A DNA stretch of 64,000 nucleotides, taken from contig NIVC01000691.1 of assembly GCA_002269645.1 (NCBI GenBank), forward strand, positions 366,216 to 430,215. The letters are read 5' to 3'. Within the stretch, counting starts at the first letter, position 1. Every line of letters starts with the position of its first letter. A model generated the notes under the pieces. The model was given only the letters and a program-made list of their open reading frames with translations, did not search any database and was not told where the DNA came from. The translations under genes and the position numbers were made by a program. This DNA comes from Macrostomum lignano (taxonomy: Eukaryota). Below are positions 20,956 to 32,821 of this stretch, one piece after another.

Positions 20956-23229
20956 AGGCCTGCCGCGAGGCTTACAAAGGTGCCATTTTGAATAATGTGG
21001 CATCTGATTAGTGTCGGGTGATTGCGTATCTGAAATATCGAAAATTTACGTTTCCGAACTACAGACTTATGCCCAGCTATATGTTTCTGATTGTGTCTAT
21101 GATACTGATGGTGTGATTCGGTCACATCGCATGGAATGTATCGAATTTTTAAAACTGATTCGACTTTAACGCTGTAGGTTCCTTATCGTAGAGCTTCTTT
21201 GGGCTCTTTTCTTTTGGCTGTAGCTTTTTGTCTGCAAATTGAAAAATCTATTAAAATCAAGATGTATAACATTGCTTGCTATAAACCAAGTGTATGTGGG
21301 CTATAAAGTGTTTGTTATTTGTAATACAAGCTTACATTTGAATGGTAATATTCCACAAATTGATATTAATGATGCCTAGCTGGATACTCGCAACTCAAGC
21401 CTATGCATACAGACGTCTTCGGAAGTTTTCTGTCTGTGCGATCTTTGCTAGCGATTTTGGTGCTTTGATATTCCTATTCGCAATCGCTGTACATGCCCTG
21501 GTCTGCCGACTCTACAGACGTGTTATCCAACAGTTTTGATAGTAAAATGACCAATATTATCACGTGACGGCGTATAGTAAATGTTTTCATGTTGCTTTGA
21601 TTACGAGTTAATAAATTTTGCTATACTTTTATTAACCCTCCCTCCTTCACACCGCCATTGATTGAGCTAATTTTGTACACAGCCATTTTTCATCGTTCTG
21701 CACATAATTCGTGTGAATCGAAAGCTTCTTTGATGGCGGTGTGATGCTTTTAGTGAGAAAAGTATGCCCAGAAGTCACTGCATAGTGACAAAAGCTTCTA
21801 TCACAATAACCCTTGACGGTCCTGCCTCTATGCTGCAGTGTAAGAAACTGCCGTCAAAAATCTAATTGCATATACAGGTGCTCGATTTAAAGTGAACTGC
21901 AGCTTGACAAAATCCGATCTTAAAGGAAAAAGGCTCACCAAATCTTAATTTGCAGTTGCAGGAGCGCTCAAAGTTCAAAGGTTATAACTGTTAGATTAGA
22001 TATGAAAGAACTTTCCAGTACGACTTATGTGCATGGTATAGAAAACGTCATGCTGCTTATCGAATCACTATTGAACCATTAAAGCAATAAATTTTGGAGA
22101 ATTCTGTCTGCATGCATATTATATGCACAATATAACATATATGCACATCATTCCCGCGATCATACAGTACTTGTGGCAGGTACATGTATGGACAGATAGG
22201 ATTGGCAATCTCTGAGCGATTTCTTCAGCAGGCAGTCATTCTGGTGGCGTGTGTGGATCGTACACATTTACTTTTGCCAACAGCGGGGATCTAGGCCTCG
22301 CATTTAACCACTTCTGCCCCTCAAGCCTGTGCACTCACTCTGAGAAAACCCGTTGGCTGCAGAGCAGCCATAGACATCTGCGTCTTCCCACAAGCAGCCA
22401 CAGCATTCATTCTTTGAAAACCCACTGGCTACAGAGAAGCCCATACATGTAGATTCACTAAATTAGGTGTGTGAAAATGAGTGCTATTTCTTTAATGGCT
22501 GCTCTGCAACAACAGTGGATTTTCGCAGAGTGAGTTGCAGGGTGCCGCTGGTCCTGGCCACAGACAACTGTGGCGGCGGGCATTCCGCGGATGGCAGATG
22601 GCTGCAGAGCAGCCAAGCGGGTTTGAGGGTGTTAATTGCACTATACTTTGACGCCTCTGACGTAAATTTTTGCACATTGACATTCACGTTGCAGTGCATG
22701 GCGCCTCTCATAAACATATTCTGCACCCTGACACTGGTTTGTCACCTCCAACTTATACATTCCTACATGTACACCCAAGTGACACTCACATTGGAACCTG
22801 CTGTGACTTAAATTATGCACCACCTGATACTCATTTTGGCATCTCTGACTTACATTCCGCACCCTGACACTCGCATTGGCACCTCATTGGCACTGCCATT
22901 GGCACTTCGCACTGCATTGGCAAGTAAATGCCGCGACCTCCACGTGGTCAGGACAACGGTGAGCCGCACTTAACTGCTGCGGCGGCCAGAAGCGGCAGGA
23001 CCAAGCGAGGGCAACAAAGTGAGGGCAGCAAAACGAGCGTCGGCGTGTTGAGCGTCGGCTGCTACTGCGCTGGCCCATACGAATCTTCTGGGTGGCGCCA
23101 TAAGGGCCAAGATCGAGGCATATCGATCCCCAGCCTTCCACAGGGCATGCTTTGGGTCGGGACGCGAGGACGTTGAACTGCCGCACGCTCAAGGGTGCCT
23201 GGCGAAGAGGGGCTCTGGCAAAGCTGGCC

Positions 23230-24222
23230 AGAGCCCGACCTAAGCTGTGATATCATCGCACTGCAGGTGTCTAAGGCTGATCCGGGGCTATCGCTGTTGC
23301 AGCCGGTGCTGGATCCGTACCTGCGTCCTGAGCAGAATGGCTTTCGGCCTCGTCGCGGCATACTGGCGCAGATACTGGCTCTTCACCGAGTCATCGAAGA
23401 GGCGCGGACACGCCAATTGATCCTAATTGTTATCGTAATTGATTTCAAGAAGGCATTCGACTCTGTCGTCAGGTCTGTGCTTCCAAAGGTGCTCCGTGCG
23501 TACAACGTGCCAGAGCAGCTGATTTCCGCCATCATGTCGATGTACCGTGATGCGAAAGCTGCTGTTTCAAAATCGGACGGCCTATCGGACTTCTTTGAGA
23601 TATACTCTGGGGTGCTTCAGGGAGATACACAGCTTGCGCCGTTCCCGTTCGTTATGGTGCTTGACTGGGTGCTGCGGACCGCTCTTCCTACCAACGACGA
23701 CGCCTTTCTGTTGCGGCGACGCGTGGGTCGACGCCAACCGGAGAGGCGGCTCAGCGTTCTTGGCTACGCCGACGATCTCGCCTCGCTGTCCTTAACTGTC
23801 GAAGGAGCACAGCGACAACACGACCGCAACATGATTGCGGCGAGTGCCGGCCTGGTGGTCAACACGCAAAGACCGTCGGGCTCTGCGTGTCGGACGACAT
23901 CAAGGCTGTAATTTTCTGCCGAGGCGCTGACGGGCAGGTGACCAGACTTCCGAGTCTGTCTAAACAACCTGTTGCGTCGTCGGTGACTCCAGCTGGCAGG
24001 CCACATCATCCGCACCGAGACGTACTGCCCATGAGGTGCTGCTGCTAACGCTGCAGGCACCCCACCGGCGGGGGCAGGCGCGCACTCGGCGTTTCGTCGA
24101 CTGACTGCTAGCAGACGCCGACGCCCGTAGATTCGGCCGGCGGCGTTGCGTTCGTTCTCGACCTTGCTCTGAAGCTCGCCCTGTGACGCTGACCGCGTAT
24201 TTTGTTGTTGTTGCTGTTGCAT
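23230..24222 (+). mobile_element. 5'-truncated, degenerate non-LTR retrotransposon (RTE/RTEX-like reverse transcriptase)
   Basis: RT motifs PEQNGFRP, IDFKKAFDSV, GVLQGDT.APF.FVMVLDWVLR and YADDL are present. After a frameshift comes LRRRRLQLAGHIIR, and the element ends in a (GTT)n-type tail at ~24201-24220. Confidence 0.9.
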
Positions 24223-25820
24223 TACATGTAAATTGCACTGCAATTACTCAAACTATTAAAACACTAATAAAAATATTAAGAAAAAAAGCCAACATCAGAA
24301 ACTTACCAACAGTAGAAAAGAGCCACGTTTTGCATATACCAATGCATACTATAGTGCATGTCATTCTGAAAGCTGTATATATTAAATTTAGTTGTACGAG
24401 CGTACATGTAATTACTTGAATAATATTAAAGCACAACAATACGGATAAACAAAACCACACGTACCTTGTTCCTTGGGTAGCTGTGAGCACAGACAGTTTT
24501 GATCCGGAGCAGGTAATAGGAGATGGGGGTTGTCTGGAAGTGAGAATTCAAGACACGAGCGGCGATAGCTAACTTGATTGTTCAATTTGTTCATCAGGAT
24601 CCGAGTGGGAAGGGGGAATGGGGGTGTGGGGGCGAAGCCCCCCTTACAGCCATAGACAATTTTATCCCGATATCCTGGTAAATTGCTTTATTGTCAATTT
24701 CAAACAATGACCGGTCATTGCTCGAATGTCGTTGCCTTAACGTAAATTACCATAGACATTTTGAACATTATATGTCCCTCAGCTACTGAACTGAGGAACA
24801 TAGACTTAAAGCGACTGTGGTCGGCTAAAATATTTTTTCTAACTTTTTCGGGGCAAATTTTTAACATTGTTTGAATAGAGTGGCCCATCTAGGGGATTAT
24901 ACTACATGTATCTATGCCCGAGGCTGCTCCTCGGCCTAGAAACCATGCAGTCTTCATCATAGAAGTAAATAAACGTTAATAACTTATTACTGCCAATAGC
25001 TCGTACTAAGATAATACTAATTCATTTTTCAGTCTGTTGTACTTGGATCATAAAGAAAAAAGTACAATTATAGAGGGAAATAAAGGACTACTCAAGTAGT
25101 GCGACGGAAAGCAACGTTTCTTGGAAAATTTTACGAGGCAGGTTTTACCAAAAAATACATTGCGGAGAGGTTTTCATTTTTTCAACGCAAAAATTGTTAT
25201 TGCGTTAGGATTCTATGTTAATTTTACATCCCGTAGTTTCCCGTCCTTCTACTTGAGTAGTCCTTGGGAAAAATTGTTGGGTCCATTTCTACTCAACAGC
25301 TAGATTAATATTATTAACTGGTATGCATGTATGCTTGCTGTCTGATGGCTTCCAAATTTAAAATGCTCTAGAGATTTTCGGATATGAGCTACGAAGCGTG
25401 CTAGCAATTAAATTGATGTCAGCTGCGTGAGCCATGATTAATCATTTTATTAGCAGTAGTGCTCTTCTTGCGTACATAATCCCACAGATAGCGCCAAAAT
25501 TAATCAGTCCAGTGGCTCGATTTGTATGGATTTTTGGTATGAGTGATTAATAACATATTTGCATGCTTATCTGCTGCCGTTTGAGCGAATTTAATTTAAG
25601 TCATGGCTTTTTTCCGACTTACTGCTGGAGAGTACTTTATTGCTGTGCTCATGACATCCGATCGCATGTGGAACATTCTTGTCCCGCAGATTCCCAACCA
25701 ATCAGACACCGAAAGCAGCCTATTGGCCCCTGGCATTTCATCTTATTCAGCCAAATGCGTGCAGGTGGCACTGGAAGCTGGAAACTTGCGATTCTATTGA
25801 ACTTTCAGTGAAAGCATCTG

Positions 25821-28788
25821 ATGGACATGGACACGAATTCAGCATCAATATCGAAGCTGGACCCTGCAGGCTCGGAGGCGTCAATGAATGACGGGTGCCT
25901 TCAGCAGCTGCAGGCCAGCATGGGGCTGAATCCGGCCGATCCCACTCCCATGATCAACTACTTTCGGTGCGCCAACAAGACCGACTTTGTTGAGGCGATT
26001 CGCCTGGCTTACAGATCCTTGCAGGACAGCCGAAGAAGCGAGCTCCCCCTGATCCAGGCGATCATTTCTGTCTACGCCGTGTTCATGGCTTTCGGCGTCG
26101 TTGGCAACGGTTTGGTGATTTATGCTGTGGCCGCTAACAGGCACATGCGGACACCCAGGAACCTGTACATCGTGAACCTGGCCATCTCCGACCTCATTCT
26201 GTGCGCATTCACGCAGCCGTTGAACATAGTCCGACTGTTCCAGAGATACCGCAGCTGGGAGTTCGGGCTGTTTCTCTGCAAGACGGTCAACACGGTCACT
26301 GGAGTCAATGTATTTCTGTCAACATACGCCATCACTGCCATCGCCTTGGACAGGTTTCAGGTTGGTCAATTTCAACTTCATAAGGGCAGTTTGAGCCTAG
26401 AAATCTTACTCAGTAAGGTTTTTTTGTTTTGAAGGCAAGATTGAATACTTAAGGAGCTTTCTTTGAACACTTGGGCAGCAAAAAAACTAGCTGAACTGAA
26501 GGTCGCTGAGGATCACGAGAAATTTGTTAATTTTCATGAGTACTCTTTGCGGCAGCCGTTAAGGCGTCTTGTTATTTTACAGGCGTTTAAACCCTCTCCA
26601 TTGCGTTTTTTGCTTGGGAATTCGTCATGTGGCTCCCAAAACTGTGCCCTTGAGACTTCTGCAAAACGATTCTCCTGCACAACTGTCTGCGGGCTTATAT
26701 TGATTATCTGGTCAATTAACTCCCATTTACAGCGTACAGTTGCTTAGTCTGCAATTTGTTACAAGCGTGGAATAGAGAGTTAGAAAAATATTTTGATTGA
26801 AAGCACAACATCATCGGTCTCTTGGGTACTAAATAGTCTGAATTAAGTAGACCCTGGGGCAAATCGATTCTCCTAGTCAAGGAATATTAAACATTGCATT
26901 GGCTGAGCAACTGTGTACTGATGACTACAACTTGTAAAAAGTCACAACATACTCATGGGCCTAAGATTCATTTTTGTCAAGGTGTGTAGCGTCTTCAAAG
27001 CAGTCGAATAAAGCATTCTAAATAAAGAGCATTGACTCGTTTGATTAGCTAAGAAAATGCCCGGTTCTAAGAGAAACAACCTTCAATAAAATAATGTGCA
27101 CTGCACGTTAACATTATCCCTCTTTTTAAATGCGCTGGGGTGCTGATTTTTTAATTTTATTGTAATATTGATTAACTTAAACTAGTTAATACAGTCCAAG
27201 AAAAAATAGCTACCAAAGCTAGTGAATAAATGGTATATATTTTCGACGTAAAATAGTATTCAAGCTTATTTATGAAGCTAATAGTTCGTATGAAGCCCCA
27301 GGGCAGTTGCATTCTAGCTTGTGTCATCATGTCTTTGATGAATATTACTAGACTTTCCATTATTCCTACATCTTCTTGAGTCATTCGGTACAATACTTTA
27401 TCCTCTGCAGTAAATTTTTTGAATTTGAAACTTAATCAAAGATTTCCTGTCCAAAACTTATCATTATAAATGTTCCAGCTCAACTCAAACAGGAAGCGAA
27501 CTTCCTTTTCTATCCCCCACATAGCACTTTGGACAGGTCCTATTCTTGTAAAGGATCTCTGGTCTCGCAGTCCTCATTGCTGCGAAGGCCAGTTTATGGT
27601 TTGCTAATTAACTAAAACTAATCAACCAACTGTCTGCAGGTGATTGCCTACCCAAACCTGGCCAGCCAGAGCAGCGGTGCGGCAAGCATCTGCGTGGCCT
27701 GTCTCTGGGTGGCCTCGGCTTTGCTAGCGAGTCCCCTCGCCTGGTTCGCCTCCGTCACCACCGTGCCCGACCCGTTTGGAGGCGCAGACGCGGTTTTCTG
27801 CGGCGAAATGACTACCGATGCAACGGTGAAGCGTTGGAAGGCCATTTATAGCGGAATCGTGCTCGTATTTCAATACCTGATTCCGCTATCCATGGTGGTG
27901 ATCGCGTATGGAACCGTCTGCCGCCGGCTCAATCAGAAAGTTCGCCGGCGTCATGCTGGCACAGCTGGCTTGCCAAGCAACAACACTATTGGCATTGCTA
28001 ACAATACAAACTGCACCAATAACATGAACGCTTGCAGTTATTATAACAACGCGGCCACTGCATTCCAGCGCCGTCGCCTGTACTTGGAGCAACGCAGAGG
28101 ACGGCGGGCTAACCTTGTCCTACTGTTAATAGCAGTAGTTTTCGCAGTTTCCTGGCTGCCCCTGACCCTCTGCAACGTCTACCACGATATCGCTGATCTT
28201 AGCGTACAGCAGGTTTCTTCAGCGTCGGAGCAACAGCAGCAACCCGGTGATGGGGGCCGAAACAGCACCTGGGAAGGCGGAAGTTTCCATACCCTAAGGA
28301 ACATTGAGTCCGTTGGTCGCAGCAGCGTTGCAGCCACAGTGGCTTTGCACTTCGCTCCTCCGCTACTAGTGCTGGTGTCCGCCTGTCTGAACCCAGTGTT
28401 CTACGGCTTATTTAACTACAACTTCCAGACGGAGCTGCGTCGAATATGCCAACGTCTGCTGCTGCGAGTTCCAGGCCGGCGCAGACAGGTTTTCCGGCGA
28501 CGACTGCGCTTGCCACGGATGCGGCAGCTTCGCCAGCATAGGCATCGCGATCCGCAAGGCGATGATGCCAGCGATATTGTCGGCACTGTAGGTCAACAGC
28601 GGCGAGTGTTTCTCTCTAACCTGCTGCGGCTTGCGAATCTGCCGCTGCGCAGAGCGACGACAACTCATTCAGCAACAGCATCGATTTGGCAGCCGCAGCT
28701 CACCTGTGTCACTGAGACTGCTCTTCGCGATACTCAGGGCGACCTGCCGTATATTGACGATGAAGATCAGACGCTGGGGCTTGTCTGA
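25821..28788 (+). CDS. NPFR: Neuropeptide F/Y receptor-like class A GPCR; 2 exons, 562 aa
   Basis: Exons 25821-26360 and 27640-28788 (GT-AG, phase 0). Seven TM segments with GN.LVI, MRTPRNLYIVNLAISDL, the junction-spanning DRFQVIAYP (NPFR-type DRYQVIVYP), FQYLIPL, FAVSWLP and LNPVFYG. The ligand class is inferred from similarity. Confidence 0.88.
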
Positions 28789-29552
28789 TGAAAACGATAG
28801 ATTCTAGACGCATCTTGCATGCACTGAACTACTGAAACTGTCAAACTGACCAGACACTTTCGACCGATTAACTACCCGGGTATTCTGACAGATTATTATT
28901 TTCCGAAGAGGAAGCTTTTGTAAACTACTGCACATGCACAGCACTATACTGAACTTACATATGCTCACTTTATCGTACCTGCGTCCTGCCCTTTGCACGT
29001 TATCTCATGCGATACTTACTAATCGGATCATGGAAATCAATCTGTTTTCGAGACGGTTGACCGGTCGATGCACAAGACCACTGGCCAAAAAATTGCTTAG
29101 TCTTGTGCAAAAGCTTTTAACCCATTATCGGCTTTATGCTTGCACATCGCGTGAGCCACAAAAAGTCAGACTCATGACGATTCAGCAAGCGGCATTGCAA
29201 GATCTAATTACTGCCAGATCGAATTTCTGCGAATGGTCAGCCATAACTGCGGTTTAGCTGATCCTCCCCTTTTGTATATTTCTGAGCATGCTAAGGATCG
29301 CTAATGCGCGCATAAGCCAGAAATGAATAAAATAAGCGAGTTGATTTTCATAGAGCAGCCAGTAATGCATTTGCTTTAGCAAATATTTGCCGGAGAATAA
29401 ATGGTACTTGGCCAATCGGACTGGAAGTTATGTCGAATTTTGGCCAGTTACAGGCATGATGCTATAAATTAGAATAAAATCAAACAACTGGCAAAAATGA
29501 CAAGCTGCAAATCAGTACCGTATCACTGGTACAGATGAATTACACTTGTAGA

Positions 29553-31551
29553 GCACTTGCTGCTATATTCGAGTTGTTGCAACTCCAACTTTGCTAGGCC
29601 AAGTGATTTATTATGCTGCAGCCAAGGATTTTAGTGCTGCTACCATCGTGCACATTCTCCCGCAAGGAGAGAGTCCATCGTTAATAATGTAGAATTCAGT
29701 AGCATTTTGCAAGCCGGTCGAGGTGTGGGAGCAAGCAGTTCAATAATCAATTGCTAGGGAAAATTTATGTTCAAGCATCTTTGCCAGCTCCATGTTTCAA
29801 AGCATATAAGGACTCTAGGTTCGAGCAAGCTATTAATACGACATAGAATAGCTGAACATATTCGAATAATTATACAAAAAGACTCTTAGTCAGGTTTGGC
29901 CTTAGACAAAAACTAATTTTGGGCAGTCTTTTGTGTCGAGAGTTTCATTCAATCGTGGTGCAGTTTTTAATGTTCAATCTATCAACACTTCTTCCTCAGT
30001 AAGTCTCTCTCGATCGATCGAAGTACTGGTACTTAGTTTTCTATATGAATAATAGAATTAGACAGTTTGCTATACCGAATCAAGTCACCCGCAGCCCGAC
30101 TGTCTTCTTCATTACTCGAGACTTGTCAGCCGTACTCAAAGGTAAGTGCAATATATTCTGAAATGAAGAAGTGACACGTGCGCGTGTACTTTATTTGGTT
30201 GGCAATGATAATAAGCAATTGGAAAGAGAGTTATCAAGACGCTGAAAGTATGGTGTTAAACCTGAGAAAAGAGAGACAGCGTCAAATAAAATAGGAAAGA
30301 TAAGAGAAAAGAGAGGTCTTAGGAATGAGCTTTCCTGTCATATTGCATGTGTATCAGATAGTGGCATCGGTGCTAGCACGTTCGATGGAGTCTTGGGTTG
30401 AGCCTCAGCTCGGAGTCAGCCAGACAGGCACTGCCCAAGGACCACTAGTAGTATATCAGTACCGTTGATGCTACACTCAAAGATGGTGCAATTTTTCGAA
30501 ACAGTATAAGAGAAAAAATGAATGCACCGCAATGAACTCGATGTTCTCAACGCCTATGAGTTTTATTTAGTTTGCCAGGTAAGAGTTGCGTGCTGCATTG
30601 CATTACCGTATCAAGGGGAAGTCAGGCCATTCCAAGCAGAAACATAGCACTTCAGGTGACGGAAATTGGTCCAGACACAGTCCAGGGCAGAATGGGAAGA
30701 TACGATGTTGATATTAATTCAGACGCACAGTACCTGAGCTATTACGTGCTTCCGCCACAGCGCTTCGATCATTGCTGCATCCGAACTGCCCGTCACTCGG
30801 CCCGTGTCATCCCATTTTGCCCTGCTGCCTAACTCCACTGGCAGATCTCCTTAAACTCTGGAAAAGCAGGGCAGGAAGATAATTGCTTCTTATAAGTCAT
30901 CATTTCCAGGTGGACAGCTATAGGTAGAGTACATATAGTCCCAGATGATTAAGGACTTCATGCTGAAAATGCATGCGCATATTGTTGGCTGCTGCTGTTA
31001 TTATTCACAGTTGCCATTGGCATCTGGCACATGCATGAACAGAGAAGACTCGAATGTAAGGAAATTCAGTAGCGCAAATGATTGGGCAGGGAGCGAATAC
31101 AGTAGGAAATGTGTGTTGGGAAAGCTTCGCTCATGTGCGTGTGTCCGACCATCAGCTCTGAAAGAATCGCAGTAATTCAGCTTCTAACATCTCGCAAAGC
31201 ATTGAAACTCGTATCGAGGGTTTCTAAATGCAAAAAAAGGAGTACATATAACTGAACTGAGTACACGTTCGTCGCAGCTCACTGACTACATATTTTATAT
31301 TCCAGATGTTACAAGGTTATCCTCCGCAGAAAGGCTTTAGCAAAGCCGAAATCAACCGTATTTTATGGCTAATTGCCTGGCAGAAGTTACTGACTCTCAC
31401 CTTGGCGTGCATTGCTGTCGTGTTTGTGGCTTACATGTTTTCAAGAGACCTGGCCATCATTCTCAGAGCTATCTGTTTCGGATTTGCAGCGCAAATAAAA
31501 GCAAAAAGAACGGAAATGGCGAACCAGAAGCTGGTGGACACCATTAAGTAG
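29553..31551 (+). CDS. Candidate multi-exon gene of unknown function with a C-terminal transmembrane segment (model not assembled)
   Basis: Several short open segments have plausible splice sites: 30066-30141 (FAIPNQVTRSPTVFFITRDLSAVLK then GTAAG) and 31306-31551 (after TTTTATATTCCAG; contains hydrophobic LLTLTLACIAVVFVAYMF and a stop). Weaker candidates lie at ~29553, ~30358, ~30655 and ~30945. No family was recognised. Confidence 0.3.
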
Positions 31552-31796
31552 GCATTGATTGCAGCGTCTTGATTCAGAATACCATCGAATGCAGCTCTTT
31601 TCTATCTATTTACTATTGGCTGGCTTCTATTTAATAAATTATTGTAATTACCTCAACTGATCCTTGACCAAGCAGTCGATGGCGTTCCATTTATTATAGT
31701 TATGCCTAATCTATGCACTACCGGTATTCGCACCTGCATATGCTATAAACCCGTACATCAATTCAACATCAGCGATGTTGACCGACGTTCCGACTT

Positions 31797-31924
31797 CTAT
31801 CGAGGTTGCTGACAACCATGTACTTTTACATTCATCGACGGATAACGGCGTCGTCCGTCGGCGGCTAAACGGGGGCTGAACGTTAGTGCAATGTAAAAGT
31901 ACATATTGTCAGCGACGTCGATAG
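31797..31924. repeat. Stem-loop with ~35-bp arms and an internal secondary hairpin
   Basis: CTATCGAGGTTGCTGACAACCATGTACTTTTACATT pairs with AATGTAAAAGTACATATTGTCAGCGACGTCGATAG. The loop contains GACGGA...TCCGTC. Confidence 0.8.
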
Positions 31925-32821
31925 ACTTCCCGTACATCGGCCAGCGTTGCAGACGTCGGATGATTGTGCAAAATGTTTCAACTTATGTAATAGTATATTG
32001 TACAATAGTCACCCCACTACCCCACTGGATGAATACATGTACTTACTGTGCATGCTACAGTTACATGTGACTGTCGCTGTCAGTTTTACTAAAAATAAAT
32101 ATGTCGTCTAAATGTAAAATGCATTGAATTGGCAGCCAAGCACGAATTCGTATGTGTACAATAGTCACTCGGCCAAAAAGTAACCCTCGCTGGTCAGCAA
32201 GCGTCGATAAGCTAGCAAATTGGATCGATGCATACATGTACAGTTGAGCGACAATGTGCTACTACATAAGCACCACTGAAGAACACAGTATGTTGCACGA
32301 TCCCAAATATTGACAGGCTTCGTATTGCTGCATACGTATTGCTGCATGGGTACACAACATCTGGATTTCTGTCAAACAGCAAAAAATACGGATAGGAAGT
32401 AAGATCGACGCGTTCAAAGGCAAAATTATTGGCCCAGCCAATACAGAAGCGGTGAAAAATGCACTACGTCCGTCGTAAGTACTCTTTGGAGGCTCGTATT
32501 AGTTCCTATAGCTTCCTAAAGGAAGCGAGTACATGTAGTTGATTGACGGCCTTGCCCGTTTTAAAGTGAAGGAAACATGTTCTTCACTTTGTACCAGTAA
32601 ATCATCTTCAAGCATTTTTCTCAATCTTCCTTATTATCGCGTGTGTAGGATCCAGGAACTATTTACATGTAAGTAGTCCCTGGTAGCATCTTGTTGTGTT
32701 CTCTTATGTTGTCCTTGGTTATCCATGTACGGCTAAAAGAAGGCAGCGACACACAATTATTTTCTGTAATTGTTAGTGATTTTCCCGTAGTGTTGCTATT
32801 GATTGACGACGATTGATATAA

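Noticed and set aside
24620-24660. GGGGGCGAAGCCCCC hairpin as a further Helitron 3' end
   Set aside because: No CTRR terminus follows at the expected distance and no matching 5' end was found.
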